Origin: Acidobacteriota bacterium
GTDB lineage: Bacteria > Acidobacteriota > UBA6911 > RPQK01 > JADFOI01
Assembly: GCA_036446935.1 (NCBI GenBank)
Contig: JAZFTY010000446.1
Coordinates: 1 to 26,454 of the forward strand
DNA: 26,454 bases
Direction of reading: 5' to 3'
A program made the translations under genes and the position numbers. The notes beneath the pieces are model-generated. The model was not told the origin of the DNA, searched no databases, and saw only the letters and a program-made list of their open reading frames with translations. This document shows, piece by piece, positions 7,277 to 14,788 of this stretch (position 1 is its first letter; every line of letters begins with the position of its first letter).

Positions 7277-9704
7277 TCATCTGGTCAGCACCTTCAGGCT
7301 GGAGAGCCTCCTCAACCAGTTCCTTATAATCGCATTCGGGATTATTGCAGAAGTGAGTCAAACCCTCTTTCTTGGTAGTGCGCTCCAGAAGATAGGGTGC
7401 AGCACAGGAGGGACACTGAACGTCGATCGGCTTTTGCCATAGAGCAAACTTGCATTCGGGAAAGGTACTGCATCCATAAAAGTACCTCCCACGACGCGAT
7501 CGGCGCCGTGTGAGCGGCCCTTTTTTGCACTCCGGACAATCGACGCCAATCGTTTCCTGCTTGATGTATTTACAATCCGGATAGTCGCCGCAGGCAACAA
7601 ACGCCCCATAGGGTCCGTGTTTCTGTACCAGCTGGGAACCGCACTGTGGACACTTCTCGTCCTTGGTTTCCTGAGTTTCCTCAACCTTCACTTCCCCATT
7701 GTCCTGGATCACCTTTTTGGTGTTCTTGCACTCCGGATATCCAGAGCAGGCCAGAAACTCTCCATAACGTCCTTTCTTGAGAACCATCGGCTTTCCGCAC
7801 TTCTCACACGGTTTCTGCTCTATCCCACCCTGATTCTCCTTATCGGAGGAACCTTCCTGCGTCACTTCGCGAGTGTTCTTGCATTCCGGATACTTGCTGC
7901 AGGCCACGAATCTGCCAAAACGGCCCCAGCGAATGACCATCTCCGCCCCGCACTTATCGCACTTCACGCCTGCCGGGGTTTCCTCCTTCTTCAGATTCTT
8001 CATGTTTTTACGAGCTTGCTGCAGCTCTTTGGAGAAACCCTTGTAGAATTCCTTGAGCGTGTGGACCCAGTCCTGCTTGCCGCTCTCAATTTCATCCAGA
8101 CCCTGCTCCAGCTTGGCCGTGTAGTCGTAAGCGAAAATCCCCCCGAAGTGCAGGACCAGCAGTTCGGTCACCACCTCGCCCGTCTCGGTAGGCACAAAAC
8201 GCTTATCCTCCTTATTGACGTAGTCGCGAGAAGTGATGACGGAAAGAATCTGGGCATAGGTGGAAGGACGTCCGATGCCCTTTTCCTCCAAAGCCTTGAC
8301 CAGGGTGGCCTCGGAATAGCGTGGAGGGGGTTGAGTGAACTTCTGCTCCGGAACGATCTCCTCCACCTGCAGCTTTTCCCCTTTTTCCACCTCGGGCAGT
8401 GGCTTTTTGTCGTCCTCGGGGGGCGCATCATCGCGCCCTTCCCGGTAAAGCTTCAAGAAACCGTCAAACTTCAGCACCGTTCCCACGGCCTTAAAGAGAG
8501 TTTCCTTGGCCTCAATCTCAATTTCCGTCTGGTCGAACTGAGCCGGAGTCATCTGGGAAGCCACAAACCGCCTCCAGATCAACTCATAGAGCCTATACTC
8601 ATCACGGCCCAGAAAGGTCTTGATCTTTTCCGGAGCACGAAGTACCGAAGTGGGCCGAATCGCCTCATGGGCGTCCTGGGCTCCCTTCTTGCTCTTATAG
8701 ACGACCGGTTTAGGAGGCAAGTAGTCCTTTCCATAGGTGGTCTGCACATACTCACGGAGTTCGGCCAAAGCTGAATCAGCAACGCGTGTGGAGTCGCTGC
8801 GCATGTAAGTAATCAAACCCTCAGTTTCCCCATTCCCGAGTTCCACTCCCTCATAGAGGCGCTGGGCCACTACCATGCACTTTTTTACGGAAAAGCTCAG
8901 TTTTCGAGAGGCCTCCTGCTGAAGCTTACTGGTAATGAAGGGAGGAACCGGATTGCGCTTCCTTTTCTTTTTCTTCACCTCGGAAACCACGAAATCCGCT
9001 GAACCCAGCTCCTTCATGAGCTGATCCGCTTCCTCCTGATTGGAAATCTTGAACTTCTTCCCCTTGTGCTTGACCGCGCCCGCTTCAAAAGCAGGCGGAT
9101 TCTTGGCCTTGAGGTTGGCCGTAAATCTCCAGTATTCCTCCGATACAAAGGCTCGAATTTCCTGTTCCCGCTCCACAATCATGCGCAGGGCTACCGTCTG
9201 GACCCGGCCTGCAGACAACCCTCTGCGAACCTTTTGCCACAACAGGGGGCTCACCTTGTAACCGACGAGTCGATCGAGAATGCGGCGGGTTTGCTGGGCG
9301 CTTACTTTATTCTGATCGATGGTGGAGGGGTTCTCGAAGGCACGCAAAATCGCGCTTTTCGTGATTTCGTTGAACTGAACGCGGAAGATCTTGTGGTCGG
9401 CACCGCCATTTAATTCCTCAGCCAGGTGTTGGCAAATGGCTTCCCCTTCGCGATCGGGATCCGTTGCCAGGTAGATTTCTGTTGCCTTTTCGGCCTGTTT
9501 TTTCAAGTCATGAACAATCTTGGCCTTACCGGCAATGATCTCATAGGTAGGACGAAAATCATCTTTGATATCCACACCCAGGTTTTTTTTGGGCAGATCC
9601 TTGATGTGACCCACTGAGGCACACACCTTATAGTTTTTCCCCAGGTACTTCTCAATCGTTCTCGCCTTAGCGGGCGACTCAACGATAACCATCGCTTTGG
9701 GCAT
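7269..9704 (-). CDS. topA: DNA topoisomerase I (type IA)
   Basis: TOPRIM (IVESPAKA, ATDPDREGE), SAGRVQ, active-site GLITYMRSD, AHEAIRP, GIGRPSTY; five C-terminal zinc-ribbon repeats. GAGGAG SD present. Confidence 0.98.
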   Translation of the reverse strand: MPKAMVIVESPAKARTIEKYLGKNYKVCASVGHIKDLPKKNLGVDIKDDFRPTYEIIAGKAKIVHDLKKQAEKATEIYLATDPDREGEAICQHLAEELNGGADHKIFRVQFNEITKSAILRAFENPSTIDQNKVSAQQTRRILDRLVGYKVSPLLWQKVRRGLSAGRVQTVALRMIVEREQEIRAFVSEEYWRFTANLKAKNPPAFEAGAVKHKGKKFKISNQEEADQLMKELGSADFVVSEVKKKKRKRNPVPPFITSKLQQEASRKLSFSVKKCMVVAQRLYEGVELGNGETEGLITYMRSDSTRVADSALAELREYVQTTYGKDYLPPKPVVYKSKKGAQDAHEAIRPTSVLRAPEKIKTFLGRDEYRLYELIWRRFVASQMTPAQFDQTEIEIEAKETLFKAVGTVLKFDGFLKLYREGRDDAPPEDDKKPLPEVEKGEKLQVEEIVPEQKFTQPPPRYSEATLVKALEEKGIGRPSTYAQILSVITSRDYVNKEDKRFVPTETGEVVTELLVLHFGGIFAYDYTAKLEQGLDEIESGKQDWVHTLKEFYKGFSKELQQARKNMKNLKKEETPAGVKCDKCGAEMVIRWGRFGRFVACSKYPECKNTREVTQEGSSDKENQGGIEQKPCEKCGKPMVLKKGRYGEFLACSGYPECKNTKKVIQDNGEVKVEETQETKDEKCPQCGSQLVQKHGPYGAFVACGDYPDCKYIKQETIGVDCPECKKGPLTRRRSRRGRYFYGCSTFPECKFALWQKPIDVQCPSCAAPYLLERTTKKEGLTHFCNNPECDYKELVEEALQPEGADQMTA

Positions 9705-9820
9705 AGACGTTCTATTTCTCCTCTATCTCAAATTCACTTTACCAAAATAGCATACCCCTTTGTCATTTCGAACAAAGGTGATCAGTACCACAAACAACTG
9801 ACAGGGTGCTAGCCTTTCCC

Positions 9821-9844
9821 CCTGACCTCCTGACTACCTGACCT
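9821..9844. repeat. Three-copy 8-bp tandem repeat in the dprA-topA spacer
   Basis: CCTGACCT CCTGACTA CCTGACCT. Confidence 0.55.
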
Positions 9845-9865
9845 TTTGAACATAATCTTCTCCAT

Positions 9866-10972
9866 TTAAAGGACTTTTCGGCTGAACTTGCGTCCCGGTA
9901 GTTGACGGATGAGTTCTTTCATTTCCAGCTGCAACAAGACCTCGTTCAACTGAGGGAGACTGAGTTCCGATCTGTTCAGAAGCTGATCAATATGCAAAGA
10001 CGCATCTGAAGCCAAAAGGGTTACAATCTTTTTTTCATCCTGTGTCAGAGATTCTACGCAACCTGGCAGAACAGCTGGCGGCTCACTCAGCAAGTCTAGA
10101 ACATAGGGTGGCAGTTCTTCCAGAACATCCTGGATGTCGCGAAGAATCTTTGCACCCTGTTTGATCAAGGCATTTGGACCATAGCTTCCCTTACTGGTGA
10201 TGTTTCCGGGGACCGCCCACAGCTCCCGATCTTGCTCCAGCGTGAGCCGCGCCGTGATCAATGAGCCAGAGAGCTCCGCTGCTTCGACAATGACCGTTCC
10301 ATGGCACAATCCACTGATTACCCGGTTACGGAGGGGAAAGTTTTGGGGTGCCGGAAAGCTGCCGCACATAAACTCACTGATGACGCATCCCTGCTCGCAG
10401 ATCTGATGGTAGAGCCGGCGGTTCTCCCGAGGGTAGATGACATCAACCCCACTTCCCAAAACGGCGACGCTCGTTCCTCCACTCTCCAGGGCTCCCCTGT
10501 GGGCCTGCGCATCAATTCCCCGAGCCAAACCACTGACAATACATATTCCCAGCGAAGACATCTCGCGGGTGATCTTTTCGGCTATTTCTCTTCCATACAG
10601 GGAACAGCGACGCGAGCCCACCACGGCAATAGAAGGACGCCGCAGTACGGAAGGATTGCCAAGACAATAGAGCACCAGGGGTGGGTCGAAAATCTCCTTC
10701 AACTGGTGTGGATACTCGTCATCGAGAACGGACAGGATCCGGATCCCCTGCTTCTCAGCCTGCCCAACGGCCTCCTCTCCTGCTCGAAGGGCACATCCGC
10801 TGGCGATGAAGGCTCTGGCCTCCTCAGAGAGATGAAACCGGGCCAGCTGAGCAGGCGAAAGCCGGAACACATTGGCCGGTGATCCACAGGCCTTCACGAG
10901 CGAATGGATCCTCCGGGTACCCAGACCGGGAACCAGACTCAGCGCCAGGCAATGATAGGCTTTTTCGTCCAT
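9866..10972 (-). CDS. dprA: DNA-processing protein DprA (Smf)
   Basis: N-terminal SAM/HhH (VPGLG), AVVGSR, VSGLARGID, FPLRNRVISGL, SGSLITA, AVPG, N-x-LIKQGA, C-terminal winged helix. Canonical dprA-topA synteny. Confidence 0.96.
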   Translation of the reverse strand: MDEKAYHCLALSLVPGLGTRRIHSLVKACGSPANVFRLSPAQLARFHLSEEARAFIASGCALRAGEEAVGQAEKQGIRILSVLDDEYPHQLKEIFDPPLVLYCLGNPSVLRRPSIAVVGSRRCSLYGREIAEKITREMSSLGICIVSGLARGIDAQAHRGALESGGTSVAVLGSGVDVIYPRENRRLYHQICEQGCVISEFMCGSFPAPQNFPLRNRVISGLCHGTVIVEAAELSGSLITARLTLEQDRELWAVPGNITSKGSYGPNALIKQGAKILRDIQDVLEELPPYVLDLLSEPPAVLPGCVESLTQDEKKIVTLLASDASLHIDQLLNRSELSLPQLNEVLLQLEMKELIRQLPGRKFSRKVL

Positions 10973-11018
10973 CTCACTTTCTATTACGTTTGAGTTGAAA
11001 AAACTACGAGATTTTCCA

Positions 11019-11145
11019 GCGCGCTTCGCGCGCGTTCCAGGTTCCAGGTTTCAGGTTCCAGGTCAGGTTTGGAATTTGGAATTTCTGCGGGTCTGCGGTC
11101 TGCGGTCTGTTGTCTGTTGTTCGTTGTCTGTTGTCTGTTGTCTGC
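11019..11145. repeat. Composite repeat: GC mini-hairpin followed by three heptamer arrays
   Basis: GCGCGC-TTC-GCGCGC (11019-11033); GTTCCAG x4 (11034-11061, one variant); TTTGGAA x2 (11068-11081); GGTCTGC/TGTCTGT x8 with variants (11090-11145). Confidence 0.85.
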
Positions 11146-11151
11146 TATCAT
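11124..11151 (+). promoter_or_regulatory. Putative extended -10 promoter of mqnA
   Basis: TG-C-TATCAT (11143-11151) lies 9 nt before ATG 11161. TTGTCT (11124-11129) from the heptamer array is 16 nt upstream. No SD. Confidence 0.4.
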
Positions 11152-11160
11152 CACATCGCT

Positions 11161-11964
11161 ATGTCGAAACTCAGGGTTTCCTTTATCGAGTATCTCAATT
11201 CCGTACCCCTGGGATGGGGCTTTCTCCACGGCCCCTATCAGGACGCTTTTGACATCCTCTTTGACGTCCCTTCTCAATGTGCCAGACACCTGTCCACGGG
11301 GGAAGCTGACGTCGGGTTGATTCCGGTGATCGAATATCAAAGGATCCCGGGATTAACGGTGCTTCCCGACATCGCCATCGCCTCCAAGCGGGAGGCGAAA
11401 AGTGTCTTATTTGTCAGCAAAAAACCCCTTACGGAGATCTCCAGCGTCGCCGTGGACAGCTCGAGCCGCACCTCGGTGGCCCTTCTCAAGATCCTTCTGG
11501 GCAAATTCCACGGTCGGGAATCGGTGACTTATCATGAGACATCCCCTGATCCTGAACGGATGCTCGAGTTCCACGATGCGGCCTTAATCATTGGAAATCC
11601 AGCACTTAAGGTGCGCCGAGATTCCCTGAATGTTTACGATCTGGCAGCCGAGTGGAATCGCTTCACCGGCCTGCCCTTTGTGTTTGCCGTCTGGGCTGTC
11701 CGATCGGCTGCCGATCTGGGAGAACAAGCCCAAATCTTCTATCAATCCAGGAAACAGGGGCTGCAGGAAATCGATTCGATTGCCTCGGTCTATTCGAAGA
11801 AGCTTGGGGTTGCAGCTGGGGAAATACGCGAATACATCCTGGAAAATCTGAATTACTCCCTCGATCAAGACAATCTGCGGGGCTTACAGACTTTTTTCGA
11901 TACCGCCGCAGAAATGGGGCTGACGGACTCTTCCAGATCCTTGCAGTTCTACCCGGTCGGGTAG
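11161..11964 (+). CDS. mqnA: Chorismate dehydratase (futalosine menaquinone pathway)
   Basis: RVSFIEYLNSVPL, VGLIPVIEY, SVLFVS, SSRTSVALLKIL, AALIIGNPAL, YDLAAEW...TGLPFVFAVW. Start moved to 11161 because the ORF-track extension from 11110 is translated heptamer repeat. Confidence 0.9.
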   Translation: MSKLRVSFIEYLNSVPLGWGFLHGPYQDAFDILFDVPSQCARHLSTGEADVGLIPVIEYQRIPGLTVLPDIAIASKREAKSVLFVSKKPLTEISSVAVDSSSRTSVALLKILLGKFHGRESVTYHETSPDPERMLEFHDAALIIGNPALKVRRDSLNVYDLAAEWNRFTGLPFVFAVWAVRSAADLGEQAQIFYQSRKQGLQEIDSIASVYSKKLGVAAGEIREYILENLNYSLDQDNLRGLQTFFDTAAEMGLTDSSRSLQFYPVG

Positions 11965-11971
11965 AACTGCA
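11942..11971. other. Perfect 14-bp-arm palindrome overlapping the mqnA stop codon
   Basis: TGCAGTTCTACCCG-GT-CGGGTAGAACTGCA; the stop TAG (11962-11964) is in the right arm. Confidence 0.8.
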
Positions 11972-11990
11972 GCTGGAGTAGTCCACGCAG

Positions 11991-12212
11991 TTAACCCGCA
12001 TTTCTCACACCTGCTCGTCACGAAGCCGGCGGAAGGGCCGGCCTGAGTGCGTTGCGCCACGCGCGACCGAGGCCCCGCAAACGTACTGTAGGGTACGTTG
12101 AGGAGGCCGGGGGCACCCGCTTGCGGGTCGGGGGCACCCGCTTTGCGGGTCGCACAGTCAGGCCGGATCATTACGCCGATGCAGTAGAGGGGGTGTGAGA
12201 AGTGCGGGTTAA
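11991..12212 (+). mobile_element. MITE-like non-autonomous element (element A)
   Basis: Terminal inverted repeats TTAACCCGCATTTCTCACACC (11991-12011) and GGTGTGAGAAGTGCGGGTTAA (12192-12212), 20/21 match, with TTAA on both sides as a possible target duplication. No coding capacity; several internal hairpins. Confidence 0.75.
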
Positions 12213-12308
12213 GGCCTACCTTCTCTCGAATCAACTCAGCGGGTTCTTTGCGGAGGAAGTCGGGGGGCCAAGCGCATGCCTGTGCCAACGCCACGCACGC
12301 ATTAGCCC

Positions 12309-12605
12309 TTACCCGTCATCATCAGACCCACTACCTGGGTCCAGGCCAAGCCCCAACAGGACTTTCTTGCCATCGGACAGATCGCCGATGATCCGTCTGA
12401 TGGGTATGGGCGATGCCTTAATCAGAGTCGGCGTGGCCAGGATTGCATCATCCTCAGCCATTTGTGGGTTCTCCAGAACGTCGATGATTTTCAGGTCGGC
12501 TTCCAATCCCTTGACGATCTGGCGTAAATGGACGATCGCCCGCTGGGTCCTTGACGTCTGCCCTGTGACATAAAGCTTAAGAGAGAGTTTACCCACGCAT
12601 GTCAT
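12309..12605 (-). CDS. kaiB: Circadian clock KaiB-family protein
   Basis: [15 protein letters not shown]...[24 protein letters not shown]...[17 protein letters not shown] closely follows the cyanobacterial KaiB consensus. Confidence 0.93.
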   Translation of the reverse strand: MTCVGKLSLKLYVTGQTSRTQRAIVHLRQIVKGLEADLKIIDVLENPQMAEDDAILATPTLIKASPIPIRRIIGDLSDGKKVLLGLGLDPGSGSDDDG

Positions 12606-12685
12606 TAGCTCATGAATTCAGGACCCAGTCAGTGACAGCTATCACCCAAAACTGATACCACTCATTCGTTCAAGCTCTCCCCTCT

Positions 12686-12869
12686 CTAGCCCGGATGATG
12701 AATAAATTCTTTACTCCAGCGACACCACCTTCATCTGAGCGCAGTGAAGAAATCATCCGGCGTGCTGCACCGCCCGACCCGCAAGCGGGGGGCCCGGCGC
12801 GTCGCAGAACGCCGTCAGGTCGGTGCTTTCGTCGCTTCGTGACCAGTACCTATGCATAGTCCGAGCTAG
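12686..12869 (-). mobile_element. MITE-like non-autonomous element (element B), related to element A and inverted relative to it
   Basis: Flanked by CTAG (12686-12689 and 12866-12869). Imperfect 14-bp TIRs CCCGGATGATGAAT / reverse complement CTCGGACTATGCAT (10/14). Shares internal blocks with element A. Confidence 0.6.
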
Positions 12870-12933
12870 TGATGACCGTCACTGAGTAATCAAGAGAACC
12901 ATGCGAAAGTATCTGGCAAGCCCCCAATAGCGG

Positions 12934-14412
12934 GTGAGCCTTGAGCAGGTGGGGCTAAATCCATCTTTAAAGCTTCTGCAGATGAGAAAGAAAAAACAAC
13001 TCAGTGAGCCTACCTTCCGAAGCATCGCCCCGAGGACTACCGATGGCATCGTGATCGTTGACAAGGACGGGAATGTTCGCTTTGCCAACCCGGCTGCTGA
13101 AGAGCTGTTTGGCCGCCAAGCGGGGCAGCTTTTGGGTGCGCCTTTTGGCCTTCCTCTGGTGAGCGGCGAATCGACGGACATAGACATTCCCCGCGGTGAT
13201 GGGAAACCGGGGATAGCGGAGTTACGCCTGAGTGAAGTCGAGTGGGAAGGCGAAATGGGCTACCTGGCTATGCTGCGCGACCTGACTGAACTGCATGGCC
13301 TTCTGGCTGGTAAGAGGCGGAGAACCGAGGATCTCCGTAGGGCAGATCAAACAAAAGATGACTTCATCGCCAACGTTTCCCATGAACTCCGCACCCCATT
13401 GGCCACGATCTCCAACGTCCTTTCCAATGCCCTGGCCGGTGTTTGGGGTAATCTCAGTCCTGAGGCGAGAGACGGGCTTCTTATCGGTCAGACCAATGCC
13501 AAGCGACTGGGTAACATCGTTAGCAACATGCTGGATGTTTCGACGATTAGAGCCGGGAGGGTTGTTCTGGACAAATCTCTTGTTGACGTCTCTGTGCTCA
13601 TTCGCTCGGTCATCGAATCTTGCCACTCCAAGGCAACTCAGAAGGGGCTCTCCCTCATTTTTGATCAAAAGATCAGGCAAGAAAAACAGGAAGTATTGTG
13701 TGATCCGAACAAAGTGGTTCAAATCCTCACCAATCTCGTAGGGAATGCTCTCAAGTTCACGGACCCCGGAGGCACGATTTTGATAGGGGTCAAAAACGGC
13801 CAAGATGCTCTTCGGATTAGTGTTGCTGACACAGGGGTGGGTATTGCTGAGGAAGAGCTACAGGTTATTTTTGATCGATTCCAACAACTTGACCGCTCCT
13901 ATGGCGGTGGAGAAAAGGGAACCGGCTTAGGTCTGGCGATTACAAAAGAGTTGGTGGAACTTCATAGGGGAAGGATAAGTGTGGAAAGCGAATTGGGCAA
14001 AGGCACCACCTTCACCTTCACACTTCCAAAAGAATGCCGACAACCCGATAACTCCCCTTCTTTTCTTGTTTTCATCCTCAGGATCGCTGATTTTGAGAAG
14101 ATAAAAGAGAGGCTCGGTCCCGACAAGGCTAAGCGGATCGTCACAAAAGTGGCAGAAAGGATAGGCACGGGACTCCGAAGCCAGGATACTGTTTTGACGA
14201 ACGATGACCATGGCAAGATGGCCGTTTTACTTCCTGGCACCCAAGAGAAAGATGCCCCTATCCTCAACAAGAGAATTCTGGAAAAAATCAAGATATTTGA
14301 GAATCATAATCTTTGGTCGATTAGCGTGACTTCGTATCCAGAGCACACTATGGACGCCGAGGGCTTAATGGAGATAGCAGAAAACGCGTTAGCAGAGGAG
14401 GATCATGGCTAA
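12934..14412 (+). CDS. Cytoplasmic PAS sensor histidine kinase with a C-terminal degenerate GGDEF domain
   Basis: PAS (DGIVIVDKDGNVRFANPAAEELFG...LRDLT), H-box SHELRTPL, N-box NLVGNALKFT, DTGVGI, GTGLGLAI, then a GGDEF-fold tail (LRIADFEKIKERLG...LRSQD...AVLLPGT...SVTSYP). No TM segment. Start uncertain (GTG 12934 or ATG 12982). Confidence 0.9.
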   Translation: MSLEQVGLNPSLKLLQMRKKKQLSEPTFRSIAPRTTDGIVIVDKDGNVRFANPAAEELFGRQAGQLLGAPFGLPLVSGESTDIDIPRGDGKPGIAELRLSEVEWEGEMGYLAMLRDLTELHGLLAGKRRRTEDLRRADQTKDDFIANVSHELRTPLATISNVLSNALAGVWGNLSPEARDGLLIGQTNAKRLGNIVSNMLDVSTIRAGRVVLDKSLVDVSVLIRSVIESCHSKATQKGLSLIFDQKIRQEKQEVLCDPNKVVQILTNLVGNALKFTDPGGTILIGVKNGQDALRISVADTGVGIAEEELQVIFDRFQQLDRSYGGGEKGTGLGLAITKELVELHRGRISVESELGKGTTFTFTLPKECRQPDNSPSFLVFILRIADFEKIKERLGPDKAKRIVTKVAERIGTGLRSQDTVLTNDDHGKMAVLLPGTQEKDAPILNKRILEKIKIFENHNLWSISVTSYPEHTMDAEGLMEIAENALAEEDHG

Positions 14413-14788
14413 AAAAATATTTATCGTTGAAGATGAGTTGGATTTTCTTTCTACTCTCAGAGAACGCCTGGAATTTGAGGGTTTTGTGGTAGCCACTGCA
14501 GTCGATGGCGAAGAGGCCTTAAGAAAGATTCCAGAAGAGAAGCCGGACCTTATCTTACTGGATATCATGCTGCCTGAGATGAACGGCTATCAGGTCTGCC
14601 GTGAATTGAAGTCCAACCCCGAGACCAAAACTATACCCGTGGTGGTGGTGACCGCGAAATCTCAGGAGAGTGATAAATTTTGGGCAAAAGAAACCGGAGC
14701 GGATGATTACCTGACCAAGCCCTTCGAGATGGAGGAGCTGCTGCAGAAAATTCAAGACAATCTTCAAGAGGATGAGAAAACCGCCTAA
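14405..14788 (+). CDS. Single-domain response regulator (receiver only)
   Basis: IVEDE, DLILLDIMLPEMNGY, VTAK, DYLTKPF. Overlaps the kinase stop by 8 bp. Confidence 0.95.
   Translation: MAKKIFIVEDELDFLSTLRERLEFEGFVVATAVDGEEALRKIPEEKPDLILLDIMLPEMNGYQVCRELKSNPETKTIPVVVVTAKSQESDKFWAKETGADDYLTKPFEMEELLQKIQDNLQEDEKTA

Noticed and set aside
7617-8774. 385-aa plus-strand ORF rich in Leu/Phe
   Set aside because: Entirely antisense to topA; its hydrophobicity is the mirror of Lys/Glu codons.
11034-11061. GTTC repeats upstream of dprA as an Acidobacterial LexA box (GTTC-N7-GTTC)
   Set aside because: GTTC copies are spaced 7, 14 or 21 nt apart, not the required 11.
10984-11340. ORFs with QQTTNNRQQT or VVCCLL repeats (10984-11340, 10995-11252, 11069-11320) and the mqnA extension from 11110
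   Set aside because: Translations of the heptamer arrays; 7-bp periodicity is not codon-compatible.
11034-12152. CRISPR array or tRNA/rRNA among the repeats and hairpins
   Set aside because: No regularly spaced 23-47-bp repeats with unique spacers, no cas genes, and no cloverleaf or rRNA signature anywhere in the window.
12270-12290. TTGGCACAGGCATGC on the minus strand as a sigma54 promoter
   Set aside because: GG-to-GC spacing is one base short and there is no credible gene downstream.
11884-12294. 136-aa minus-strand ORF downstream of kaiB (and 12202-12573 on plus)
   Set aside because: Runs through the MITE and the palindrome; no transposase or other domain motif.
12606-12685. kaiC remnant upstream of kaiB
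   Set aside because: Short frames (for example LERGELERMSGISFG) show no recognisable KaiC motif.
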